This document shows, piece by piece, positions 1 through 16,289 of a stretch of 64,000 nucleotides of DNA (position 1 is its first letter; each line of letters begins with the position of its first letter). The stretch lies in NCBI RefSeq assembly GCF_009914755.1, contig NC_060925.1, one strand, 5' to 3'. The notes below the pieces were generated by a model. The model worked only from the letters and a program-made list of their open reading frames with translations, did no database searches and had not been told where the DNA came from. This stretch comes from the human T2T-CHM13v2.0 reference genome, Homo sapiens. A program made the translations under genes and the position numbers.

Positions 1-134
1 CATTCAATAGCTCAGTCTCCAGAATCTTACAGTCTTGCTACAAAGCAATCTCCAATTTCAAATGTTTGACACAATGTTAAAGTAGGATTATTGGGATCTC
101 AGTATGCACAACTGCGGTGCACTATGCTTGCTTT

Positions 135-429
135 CTTTTTCTTTTTTTTTTTTCTGAGATGGAGTCTCGCTCTGTCGCCAGGCTGGAGTGCAGTGGCACG
201 ATCTCGCCTCACTACCATCTCCGCCTCCTGGCTTCAAGTGATTCTCCTGCCTCAACCTCCTGAGTAGCTGGGACTACAGGCATGCGCCACCACACCCAGC
301 TAATTTTTGTATTTTTAGTAGAGACGGTGTTTCACCATGTTGGCAAGGATGGTCTCGATCTCTCGACCTGGTGATCCGCCCGCCTCAGCTTCCTGCTGGG
401 ATTACAGGCATGAGCCACTGCACCTGGCC
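135..429 (-). mobile_element. Alu, AluSc-like
   Basis: Poly-T then gagatggagtctcgctctgtcgccaggctgg...gccactgcacctggcc. Sc-type motifs gtcgccagg and ggatggtctcgatctc. Degenerate 15-bp TSD cactatgcttgcttt (120-134) / cactgtggtttcttt (430-444). Confidence 0.93.
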
Positions 430-1247
430 CACTGTGGTTTCTTTACATCTTATTTATGTTAGACATAGGCAGCTCTATTATCCTCCAGCTGGTTGTGATA
501 TGGTCTAAGTGAAATCTTGCTTCCATCCTTTTTGAGGCCTATTTGCCATGCTCTTAACTGCCTTTCCAGGACTGGATATATTGGGCATTCAATATGCTTT
601 TCTTGTCCTGACATTATGGTTACGGGGGAGAGCAGAACTTGAAAGGGGCTGTGGCTGTCTATGGCAGTGGATGGACTAATCTGTTTGCCTAAAGGCCATT
701 GAAAACAAAATGGGCTAGGGTTTCCTCCCCTAATTGGGGAACTTTCTTACTCCCTTGAGTTTCAGATCTTCCAGAGTCAAGATGAACTCCCAGAATCTTC
801 ACTGTTTTCAAAGATAATTAGCCCTAAGTGTTCACTTGCCCTGATTAATCCCAGCAGCTCTTAGTCAGTGAGGGATTCCTGACTCTTTTTAGTCAGTGAG
901 GGACAAACTGTGGATTTTGGACATGACATATAGTTCACAGAGGTATGGGGACATCCATAGATACCCTCTGTGTGTTTCTCTATGAAGGCTTCCCATTCCC
1001 TCGGAAAATTGTGTCTTATTTTCTCTTTCATTTTTTTTTTTTTAATTATACTTTAAGTTCTAGGGTACATGTGCACAACATGCAGGTTTGTTACATATGT
1101 ATACATGCGCCATGTTGGTGTGCTGCACCCATTAACTCGTCATTTACATTAGATATATCTCCTAATGCTATCCCTCCCCCCGCCCCCACCCCACAACAGT
1201 CCCCAGTGTGTGGTGTTCCCCTTTCTGTGTCCAAGTGTTCTCATTGT

Positions 1248-5072
<3,825 letters not shown>

Positions 5073-5135
5073 TATGATGTTAGCTGGTTATTTTGCTCAT
5101 TAGTTGATGCAGATTCTTCCTAGCCTTGATGGTCT

Positions 5136-6150
5136 TTACAGTTTGGCATGTCTTTGCAGTGGTTGGTATCAGTTGTTTCTTTCCATGTTTAGTGCTTCCT
5201 TCAGGAGCTCTTTTAGGGCAGGCCTGGTGGTGACAAAATCTCTCAGCATTTGCTTGTCTGTAAAGTATTTAATTTCTCCTTCACTTATGAAGCTTAGTTT
5301 GGCTGGATATGAAATTCTGGGTTGAAAATTCTTTTCTTTAAGAATGTTGAATATTGGCCCCACTCTCTTCTGGCTTGTAGAGTTTCTGCTGAGAGATCCG
5401 CTGTTAGTCTGATGGGCTTCCCTTTGTGGGTAATCCCACCTTTGTCTCTGGGTGCCCTTAACATTTTTTCCTTCATTTCAACCTTGGTGAATCTGACAAT
5501 TATGTGTCTTGGAGTTGCTCTTCTTGAGGAGTATCTTTGTGGCGTTCTCTGTATTTCCTGAATTTGAATGTTGGTCTGCTTTGCTAGGTTGGGGAAGTTC
5601 TCCTGGATAATATCCTGCAGAGTGTTTTCCAACTTGGTTCCATTCTCCCCATTGCTTTCAGGTACACCAATCAGACGCACATTTGGTCTTTTCATATAGT
5701 CCCATATTTCCTGGAGACTTTGTTCGTTTATTTTTACTCTTTTTTCTCTAAACTTCTCTTCTTGATTCATTTCATTCATTTGATCTTCAATCACTGATAT
5801 CCTTTTTTCCAGTTCATCGAATCGGCTACTGAAGCTTGTGCATTCGTCACGTAGTTCTTGTGCCATGGTTTTCAGCTCCATCAGGTCATTTAAGGACTTG
5901 TCTACACTGCTTATTCTAGTTACCCATTCATCTAATCTTTTATCAAGGTTTTTAGCTTCTTTGCGATGGGTTCAAAGTTCGTCCTTTAGCTTGGAGAAGT
6001 TTGATCATTTGAAGCCTTCTTCTCTCAACTTATCAAAGTCATTCTCCATCCAGCTTTGTTTTGTTGCTGGTGAGGAGCTACGTTTCTTTGGAGGGGGAGA
6101 GGTGCTCTGATTTTTAGAATTTTCAGTTTTTCTGCTCTGTTTTTTCCCCC
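5136..6150 (-). pseudogene. L1 ORF1 (RNA-binding p40), disrupted
   Basis: Fragments 5294-5881 (QEIWDYMKRPNVRLIGVPES, RRATPRHIIVRF) and 5169-5363 (FQPRISYPAKLSF) lie in different frames. The start codon is replaced by a C-run at about 6146-6151. Confidence 0.93.
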
Positions 6151-7186
6151 CTTTGTGGTTTTATCTACCTTTGGTCTTTGATGATGGTGACGTACGGATG
6201 GGGTTTTGGTGTGGATGTCCTTTCTGTTTGTTAGTTTTCCTTCTAACAGTCAGGACCCTCAACTGCAGGTCTGTTGGAGTTTGCTGGAGGTCCACTCCAG
6301 ACCCTGTTTGCCTGGGTATCAGCAGTGGAGGCTGCAAAACAGCAAATATTGCTGAACAGCAAATGTTGATGCCTGATCATTCCTCTGGAAGCTTCGTCTC
6401 AGAGGGGTACCCGGCCATGTGAGGTGTCAGTCTGCCCCTACTGGGTGATGCCTCCCAGTTAGGCTACTCGGGGGTCAGGGACCCACTTGAGGAGGCAGTC
6501 TGACCGTTCTCAGATCTCATACTCCATGCTGGGAGAACCACTGTACCGTCTTCAAAGCTGTTAGCCACGGACTTTTAAGTCTGCAGAGGTTTCTGCTGTC
6601 TTTTGTTCAGCTATGCCCTGCCCCCAGAGGTAGAGTCTACAGAGGCAGGCAGCCTCCTTTAGCTGCGGTGGGCTCCACCCAGTTCCCAGTTCGAGCTTCC
6701 AGTCTGCTTTGTTTACCTATTCAAGCCTCAGCAATGGCGGTCGCCCCTCCCCCCGCCTCGCTGCCACCTTGCAGTTTGATCTCAGACTGCTGTGCTAGCA
6801 ATGAGCAAGGCTCTGTGGGCGTGGGACCCTCCAAGCCAGGCACAGGATGTAATCTCCTGGTGTGCTGTTTGCTAAGACCATTGGAAAAGCGCAGTATTAG
6901 GATGGGAGTGACCCAATTTTCCAGTTGCCATCTGTCACAGCTTCCCTTGGCTAGGAAAGGGAATTTCTGACCCCTTGCACTTCCCGGGTGAGGCAATGCC
7001 TCACTCTGCCTTGGCTCACGTTTGGTGGGCTGCACCCACTGTCCTGTACCCACTGTCCGACAAGCCCCAGTGATATGAACCTGGTACCTCCAGTTGGAAA
7101 TGCAGAAATCACCCGTCTTCTGCGTCGCTCATGCTGGGAGCTGTCGACTGGAGCTGTTCCTGTTCGGCCATCTTGGAACCGCCCCC
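6151..7186 (-). promoter_or_regulatory. L1 5'UTR: internal sense promoter, antisense promoter, YY1 site
   Basis: Matches the L1PA 5'UTR. YY1 motif CAAGATGGCCG is intact (7165-7175, minus strand). The 129-bp segment at about 6279-6407 is retained. Confidence 0.85.
6734..6970 (+). CDS. L1 antisense ORF0 homologue, 78 aa (expression unknown)
   Basis: gcaATGg Kozak context. MAVAPPPASLPPCSLISDCCASNEQGSVGVGPS... matches the primate L1 ORF0 N-terminus. Open to TGA at 6968-6970. Confidence 0.55.
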   Translation: MAVAPPPASLPPCSLISDCCASNEQGSVGVGPSKPGTGCNLLVCCLLRPLEKRSIRMGVTQFSSCHLSQLPLARKGNF

Positions 7187-7429
7187 ACTTTTCTCTTTTT
7201 TTTTTGCCTTTTTATTGCTGGAAATTAAGTGGGTTGGTTTTGATAGTTGTGCTTTTTCATCTTAGCTTTCTTCCTAGGCAGGTAAACATGAGCTAGACAG
7301 ACTTGGTGGAAATTTCTGAACCTGTGACACACTGTCATGGTAGGGAGGCCTATTTATTGGGGGGTTTCTACATCCTTCCCTTGCATTGTCTGCTTATTCT
7401 CTCAGTCTACTTCTTGTCTTTATTTATTT

Positions 7430-7920
7430 TGTATCTTAAAAAACTAATCATGGTATCAATTACATATTGTAACATGTACAGATCTTAAGTGTATGTTTTG
7501 ATGAATTTGACAAATGCGTCTACCATGTAAGCCCAGAATGTTCCTTTTATGCCCCTTCTCTGCCAATCCTACCAACATGTAGGCAGCCATTGTTCTGATA
7601 TCTGTCGTGGATACATTTTGCATATAAGTGGAATCATAGAGTATGTACTCATTTGTTCCTGACTTTTTTCACTCACTTCAATGTTTTGCATGTAACAATT
7701 TCTTTTTAATTACTAATTAATATTCCATTGTATAAATATACCATAGCTTGTTTATCTATCTTCATGTTAATGAACATTTTGACTGCTTCTGGCTTTGGGA
7801 ATATGGACATTCTTGTACAAATCTTTTTGGGGGTGTGTTTTCATTTCTCTTGGATAAATATCTGAGAATACAGTTGCTTGGAAATAGGTAGATAGGTATT
7901 GCCCAGGCTGCTTCTTAAAG
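7430..7920 (-). mobile_element. Old L1M (L1MB/ME-type) 3' fragment
   Basis: Motifs gatcttaagtgta...gatgaatttgacaaatg, tattccattgtataaatataccata and catttctcttggataaata. Confidence 0.7.
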
Positions 7921-9822
7921 TAAATTGATGACATTAGTGGAAAATTTGGGATTTTGTCCATTCACCTCTCTTCCTGACTTCTCTGGTGTATGTAGGAGTA
8001 GGATGTGTTTGAGATAACTGTACACTTTCTAGAATCTTCACTTTCTCTTCTCTGGTGACCATTTCTTAAAAAGAAAGTGACATTAAAATTGTGCCTCGTC
8101 CTTAATTTGATTGCTATATTTTTCTTGGTCAGTTTTAATCTATTTTGTTCATTTGTTAGGCTTGTGGGAAGGAAGAGTCTGTGCTCAGTTTCAAACTGCT
8201 AATTTTCCCTGGAAGTCCAATTCATAACAGACAAAATATTGAAAATTGTTTGAATAATTCAGCATCCTTCTCTTCACCCATGTTTTATATATATTTCTCA
8301 AAGCAGACATATGTTTTGAAATCAAATTTGGCTTCGTTCTGCCATCTTGTCCCAGAACTCCAGCAATTCTGTTTTGAAGGCCAAATAGGAAACATTTTTC
8401 TTCAGTGTAACAAATGTAATGTGATCCTGTTTGTGGCTGATAGCAGACTCTCTGTCTTTAAAAATCAAACATGTCATTGACATGAACAAATCCCAGGACA
8501 GTTCTGGGAAATAGTCATTTTCTTTAGTGGGATATTTTAAAAACACATATATCATGCTGCTCGCTTAGGGGACTTTGAGTGATTTTGTCATGAACTTACT
8601 CTACTTCGAAATGACATTAACTACTGGATAGAGGTCTGTTATATAAATTGGGTGACCTGGTACCTAATCTTGTCTCTGCTTATCAGCTATCACTGGCAAA
8701 TCATTATTCTTTGTATGACTGAGATCCATAATCAGTAAAATACTGCATGTATATCTCAGGGAATAGAGATTAACAAAAAGATGTCTGTAAGACATTGTGA
8801 GATATTTTAGAAGAAGAATGCATTGTGATTTTATAACATCATGATGATGTTGTTATTTATCAAGCTCCAAGGAGGCCTCTTTTAGTTTCCAAATCGAAGG
8901 CCCAGAAATCATTTTCCCTAACATGAGGTTTTTCCATGGAAATGCAGAAAACAGTGTTTGGAACTTACATTTACACAGTACATAGTCTTCCATGTTCTCT
9001 CTGCATGCATATTTAACCTTCTTGTTTTCCCATTAATGTTGATTATCCTTTTCTTCTGTCATTTATGTCTTTGCAGGGAGCTCATTATTTGGCCAATAAG
9101 AAACCTGATTTTGTTTTGGGATGAAAATACATATAGGCAAAGGGAGGCTAAGCTTTGGATTCAAATTGGCATCTGGGCTTCGTTGTCTCATCTGGAGTTC
9201 TCTAGCATCTTGGCTTTCTTTGATTTCCTTGGAAATCTGTCCTATGGTTTAGACTGGGCCCAGCAGTTGCAATGGATCACTGTGCAAACCTTTACTAGCT
9301 GCAAATGCCCTCTTAAAAATGTATTTAACCACAAATTTCAGTCTGCAAATTATTAATGTTAAAACTATTTGAAGAAGAACACATTTCCAGATATAAAGCC
9401 AACACGAAACTTTTACATAAATCAAATATGGCAGAACCAAATTAAAACTGTTGCATTTTCCCCAGTCTCTAGGTTTTGGGCATACTAGTGGTCTAATTTC
9501 CCATCTGTGGTTAGTGTCATCATATCGTATACTATGTGTCACCCCAATGCTACGTTTGCCAACATTTCATAGGGAGACTTTTCACCTCCCATGCTTGTTA
9601 AAAATTAAATGTGCAATGATGGGACATGCTTTTTTGCCTTACTTCTGTTAACATGAGATAACTTTGTTTTTCACCATTTTCTCTTTATTTTTCTCTATTT
9701 TAATGTAATTTAATAAGCTAGAATATGTTCCTTTAAATTTGAACCTATGAGGTGAATGTGTTTATATGTGTGCATTTGTGTATGTCAGAGTGAGAAAGAG
9801 AAAATTGTATGAAGCGCCATGA

Positions 9823-9826
<4 letters not shown>

Positions 9827-9864
<38 letters not shown>
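9827..9864 (+). repeat. (TG)19 microsatellite
   Basis: Perfect TG run. Confidence 0.95.
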
Positions 9865-9865
<1 letters not shown>

Positions 9866-10479
9866 ATGCACGTGTGTTTTAATGAACAATTGGCCTGAAA
9901 GGCAGACAGAAAATATTTACCTTCTGGGATACCCTCTGTATCAGGAATGAGAAGAATTAGATTAAGGCTGGGGTTGATGGTGGCAGAGAATGCCCTTCAT
10001 AAGCTGCTTTAAACTCTAGCTTGGCTTGGTCTTTTACTCTGGGCTGGGAGAGTGGGAATCAGCAGGCGCATGCCATACTCAATCAGAGTCTGGAAAGATT
10101 GGCAGAAGCACACCCAGTGCCCAGATACGCCAGTTGACTGAAGCTCATGGCATGCTAAGAGTGCAAAATCCACACTGCCTGTTGTCTGAGAGCTAACAGG
10201 GAAGTATGTTGGAAAGGAAGTCACCAGTGTGGGAACAAGGAAGAGAGAAAATCATAAAAATCCTTAGCACTTTCATTGTCATTTTCTGGCTCCCCATCTT
10301 CCAGCAAGTCCTTATGCTCTTTATGACTGAAATCTTGAGTTAAGTTAACAAAGTGCTAGAATGTATTTTACCTGTGTATCTCAGGGTATAAAGAGCAAAT
10401 GCTGGAAATGAGAGAAGGAAGCAAACTAACATCCGTTGTGTAATTCTATGAGGCAGTTTTATTTATTTTCCCATTTTTA

Positions 10480-10630
10480 TGATACATTTTTTCTATATTT
10501 CTATATTTATTTTTACCATATTACAGATACTAAGGTAAAGCTCAGAGAGGTCAGATAACTTAATAAAGGTCAAAAATCAGGTAGGTGATAGCTATAATTG
10601 AGGCCCAGTTGCTTAGATTCAGAATGTATG
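10480..10630 (-). mobile_element. MIR fragment
   Basis: ttacagata...gctcagagaggtcagataact resembles the reverse MIR core. Confidence 0.5.
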
Positions 10631-13289
10631 CTTGAGTAAATATATACCAAATCTTTATCTTCCACCCATCCATCCCCAAATACTGATACCCAGGCAGTAG
10701 CAGGTCTGTCTAAATTAAAAATCACTTTAGCTTGCTGTCTCCTGCAGCTCATGACCCAGCAAATTAAATTACATTTATTTTAGGCTAATAGTTTGGTGAG
10801 TTTGAAATGTATGCTATTATCTTCTATTCTGATTTTTGGTTTTGAAATACTTCAAGGATTATTTGAAAGTTCTGGCATTTCTCTTATGCCAGTGCAACCG
10901 ACACAAAGAGGACATAGCTTCATTTATGCATTTATTTAAGTGGCATTATAAAATTGTCAGTTCAACACATCTGTACATACATATGTAAGGTGTTATGCCC
11001 AACCTTCTCCTTCTTACAAAGAAAACAAGAAAACTGAGAGATAGTAAAAATTAATATTACATTAGAATACATTATAGTTTCTTTTTATTTTTGTGGAACA
11101 TGTAAAACATGTGGAACTTGAAATGGAAAAGATGTACTGTTGACAGATAAATGCAGAGATCAGCTTTTAAATAATAGACATTTTAACCTATGCATGAGGT
11201 TTGGTTGGAGTTTTGCCATGTCGTTTAAATTAGCCCCATAGCCTAGAGGGGGTTTTTACAGGAAGCCATTGTAATTTTCATCCCTTAGACACTGGCATTT
11301 TCATGAGCTGAAGTTAAGTGTCTCAAGGGATAATGGAATATCACTGAAACATTTCCTGAGCTCGCTTGAGCTGTACCTTGGTGTGTCCACGTGTGCTCTT
11401 AGAAGAACAGAGGTTTTGTTTCATTTTGTGAGGACATGAGGTTGTCCCCAAGTGCAGTTTTTCTTTTTAATGGATTTTTTTTTCAAAATTATATTCAGAA
11501 AGAAGAGTTTAATTTATTCAGTAAAAATGTTCCATACTTAGTTTGAAGGAATCACGGGAATTTGATCATTATTTGCCTTCTAATACCTATGTAATAAAGT
11601 AACAAATTCAAAACATTTGACTAACCCAAGGTTTTCTGAGAAATTACAAAATAAGGTAAAGTTTTATAAGCATTTTGAGATAAAGAAATAAAAACATTTT
11701 AACTACATTTGTTTTTATTAAAATTCCCAAAGACTTGTACATTATTTTTATAAAATTAAAATTCACATGTAGTATTTGTCACTACTTTTCCACCACTGAA
11801 ATCTATAAAGCAATAAAAAAGTAGTCATAAACAATGGTACCTTATTGAGTATTAATGTGACTCGACAGACATCTATTTTATGTTCCTAGCTTTGGCAGTT
11901 GGGTGAATGGATTTTCTGTTAAGAGAAGGAACAAGGATGGAAGGGAGGTGGTGTGAGGAAGTAGTGAGTTGTGTGTAGCTTGTCAAGTTTCAGGTGGTTC
12001 GTGAGCACTCACTAGGAATCACAGAGACCCTGGCGCAAGTAGGTTCAGGGAGGTTTAACATGACATGGTATTCATACCTCAGTATAGCTCAAGTAACACT
12101 GATGTGCCTCCTAATTACCATATTCTCACTGTGATATAATGAAGAATGTTTGATTATGTTAATTAGAAAGCATATCACACACATTGATCACTTCGTGACT
12201 TTGTATGTCAGAAATATCGTTGTAAATGTTATGCAACAAAAATAGGATCATAAATTTTATCTAAATTATGCCACAGATTGTGGTAACAACCTGATGAATG
12301 ACATATGACATATGACATATGAATGAAGAATGATACTTTCTCTACCACATTTCTCAGTGAAGGCCATTTCTGTGATTGTGGTTGCTGTGATTACATTAGA
12401 TGTACCTTGTGATGATCTTTCTAGTGCCTCTGCCTTAGCTGTTTTCAGAGCCAGTTTTATTATCTCTTAGATACTGTGGGCTCAGGCAAAGAGCCTCTCT
12501 GCTAGTGTCAGAGATAATCTCAAAGTTTACCACTTACTGGTGCAGTCATTAACTCTATTTTTTCCCCCTATCTCTGGGCTGAAACTGCTAACAACTATAG
12601 ATACTGCCTAAATCTGTTTAAAAGAGCTTCAGTACTTGAGTGTTTGTCAGAGCCTACCTTCCCAGAAGATCTGTTCCTGTTCCATTCCTCTGAGACACTC
12701 TCCTTCAATCAGTCTTGGCTGTCACTTGCAAACAGTCTGTCCTGTCATTTGTGAAACACACAGACACACACCCTACTTAGTGCAAAGAAATAGTGTCCTG
12801 ACCAAACCAAAAACAGTGAGAACAAAAACTTGCTGCTACAACTAACAAGCCCTTCAAACTATTTTAAAATATGCATCTTTTCATTGTTAAATTTATTGAA
12901 AGCACCCATTTAACCTTTCGAAATTTCCACTTCCTAATCAACCCTTCCTGTATTCCTTGTAATAAAGCTACTATTCTCCAACTGTTGCCAACAACATGCT
13001 TGTTGCCAAAGCAAACAGTGATTTTGTCAGTCTCATTTTTCTTCTCTTTTCCTTAGACTGTGATGCTACCACTGCTCTGTTCTTTCTAAAACATTGTCTT
13101 TTATGCTTGGTTTTCATATCACTGCTTTATCCTGACTAATAGAAGAAACAGGGCTTTGAGGTCAGACAGATGCAGTTGTGACTCTTTCTCTCTGCATATG
13201 GGCACCTTGTTTAACTGCTGGGCCTCCAGATCATGAGGCACCAAAGGAAAAGTGGAGAGGAAAGACGTTTGATGTCACATGGCCTAGAG

Positions 13290-13494
13290 CAGTGTTTTTC
13301 AATGGGGCCTTGTTGGCATTTTGGGTGGAACAATTTTTCCTTATGAAGGACTCTAAGCATTGCAGGATGTTTGGCATCCCTGGCCTCCAGGCACTAATTG
13401 CTGATTGCATCCCCCATTATGCCAACCAAAAATGCCACACACATTCTCCGATGTTCTCTCCAGAGTGATACTGCCCTGGGTTGAGAGGAAACTG
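13290..13494. mobile_element. hAT-Charlie MITE (MER117/MER20-like)
   Basis: cagtgtttttcaa start, internal cattgcaggatgtttggcatccctggc and caaccaaaaatgcc, degenerate ggttgaga...actg end. Confidence 0.7.
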
Positions 13495-13859
13495 GAGGTT
13501 ATGATTAACTTTTTCTTCCAAGAGTCCTTAGCATGACATATAAGCCTTAGCTTATTTATTTATTTATTTGTTTATTTATGAGAGACTAATGGTGTATATA
13601 AGGTTAAGCATACTTTATTTCCATTACCCATGTCACAAAATGTGCACCTCCTATATTATTCTATTTATACTTTTCCAAACTTATTTTTTTTCTTCACTTC
13701 CAGGCCTCTAACTTTATTGATGTGGAACTGTTGTACCTAAAAATTTCCTACTCATACTTTGGATTCAGCTTAGACTTAAATCTGTAGACTCCTAGGTGTC
13801 AGAGCTTCCTACTGTGGGCTCCCTTACTACCTACATTTCACATTGAAATGCACAGCTCG

Positions 13860-13975
13860 TTTTCATGTTTATCTTTCTCGGTACACTTGAGAACAGAGAT
13901 AACTAGTTTGTTCATGCCTCTTACAGTGTCTGGTACATAGTAGGCCCTCAATAAATATTTGCTGTTATGTGAATA
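13860..13975 (+). mobile_element. L2 3' end
   Basis: acagtgtctggtacatagtaggccctcaataaatatttg. Confidence 0.7.
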
Positions 13976-14122
13976 AAATAAACTGGAAGGAAAGTATGGT
14001 AAGTTTCAGAAATATTTTTAGGTTGAAAGGAAGTAGAAAAGTTTATGTTAATTGACCATGAACATTGTAGAGTGATGTGGGTTACACTGAAAACTAAATT
14101 ATTCTACTTACATAAAAAATTT

Positions 14123-14430
<308 letters not shown>

Positions 14431-15827
14431 AGAAGTACTCAGAAATATTAAATCAGTCATGATTTCTTCATATATTCAAACTGGGTGATATTATTTTTAA
14501 CACCTTATAAATGTGTAGGACAATCTTAAATAGCTTAAGCAAACCCATGTAAATTCTGAGCTTGCAATAGGTGATTTTTCTGTCACTTGCTCCAGGATAT
14601 GCTTCACCCAGGTGTAGGCCAACAGGAAATTGAAGGTACTGGTGGGTAGATGGATTAATTTAATTAACATTCATCAAATGCCTACTATCTTCCAAGCAAT
14701 GAAATTATAGAGATAAATGAGACAATAAATCTTGCCCTCAAGAAACTCACCGTCTGGAAAAGGAAAAAGACATGAATAAATAACTATAACAAATATTCAA
14801 AAGAATATAGAGGTCATTTTAGAAGGATAACTCTGAAGGTAGTGTGGTGATAAGATTGGTTATCTTACCTTGTAAGGGGCCATCACCATGCTAATAACAA
14901 CAATTATTTGTACTTGAATGGACCACATAGCATTCATCAATTTTCTAGCCACAAACTGTATTCCCAATCACAGACTTATGGTAAGTGAAATATAAGGTTT
15001 TAATGGACTGACATAAATCATTCACAACTGTAAAGAAAACTGTTCAAAGCATCCTTCTAGTTTTTATTGATGGCTTATTCCTATTATCTTTTTAGTAGAA
15101 AATTGTTTTCTCAGAATGTCCAGGACAGGAGCTGTTTGAATTAATCATGTTTGGTATTTAAATATCTCAGCTCCAAAAAGACACAATATCAAAAAATAAA
15201 CTTGATTCTATTCAGCCCCAGAATCTTCTTTGTGCATTTTTAAAAAAAAAGTAAAAATAAAATTTTAAAATTCATTATATGGATTAAGGAATAACATTTA
15301 TCATATATGATTTTTCATAGTTAAAGCTCTAAAAGTGATTATTACCTACTAAGATATAGAAATGACAGAATGGTTCCTACTGAGGAGTTTCCAGTTAGCT
15401 CACAATCGCTTCTTGGTCCTCCTTGTGACTGTACCTCACATTGGTACTTCACGGTTGAGGCTGCTGTGATATCATCTACCAATTACTGGTAGGTCTACGA
15501 TCACCCCCATGTGTTACAGCAAACTATACCAAAATTATTTAAATGAAGGGATTTTAAAAATGGGTGATTATTAATATATTGTTTTATAACAATTTTCAAA
15601 TTGTGATTAATAATGCAGTTTTATAGCAATGCTTTCAGTCTCTAGGCTCAAGAATAAACTATCTAGTGTATAGGAGGAGCCAGCATTTCATTGGAAAAAC
15701 AACTTGTAGACAGTTACAGCTTCAACACCTTTTTTCTTGGTTTTGTGTAGATACATTTAGGTTACTACAGTCAAAGTTAATTCTAGCATGGCTCTGATAG
15801 ATTTTACAGTTCTTGACATAGTGGTAC

Positions 15828-16289
15828 TATATTAGTTTTCTATTATTGCTGTAATAAATTACCATGAATTTAGAGGCTTTAAACAATACTAACTTATTAT
15901 ATTACAGTTCTAAAGGACAGAGGGTCAAATATCAAAGTACCAAAAGGGATGCTTACCATCTGGAGGCTGGAGGGGTAAATCCATGTCCTTGCCTTTCCCA
16001 GCTTTTAGATGTAACTTGCATTCCTTGGTTCTTGGTTCCTTCCTTGCTTCATGCTGGCTTCTGCTACTATTGTTAAATCTTCTGTGACTCGACTTTCTTG
16101 CCTCCCTCTTGTAAGGTCTCTTGTGATTACTTTGGTCCCATCTGAATAATCCAGGATAATCTCCTCATCTCAAGATCCTGAATTTAATCATATTGGCAAA
16201 GTCCCTTTTGCCATATAAAGTTACATATTCATAGGTTCTAGGGGTTAGGATGTGGACATCTTTGGGAGGCCATTATTCTGCCTATCATA
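15828..16289 (-). mobile_element. MaLR solo LTR, MLT1D-like
   Basis: tattagttttctatt...gtaataaattacca start, gataatccaggataatctc internally, ggacatctttgggaggccattattctgcctatcata end. Confidence 0.85.

Noticed and set aside
8958-9356. 132-aa plus-strand ORF
   Set aside because: Non-ATG start, runs through a polypyrimidine tract, and no recognisable homology.
14597-14642. Possible plus-strand exon (ctccag|GATATG...GAAG|gtactg or CTG|gtgggt)
   Set aside because: Donors are weak, the lengths (40 or 46 nt) do not preserve frame, and I recognise no protein.
15430-15495. Two adjacent short hairpins (gtacc/ggtac, ctacca/tggtag) as a structured ncRNA
   Set aside because: Stems of 5-6 bp are expected by chance, and there are no convincing snoRNA boxes or miRNA-length stem.
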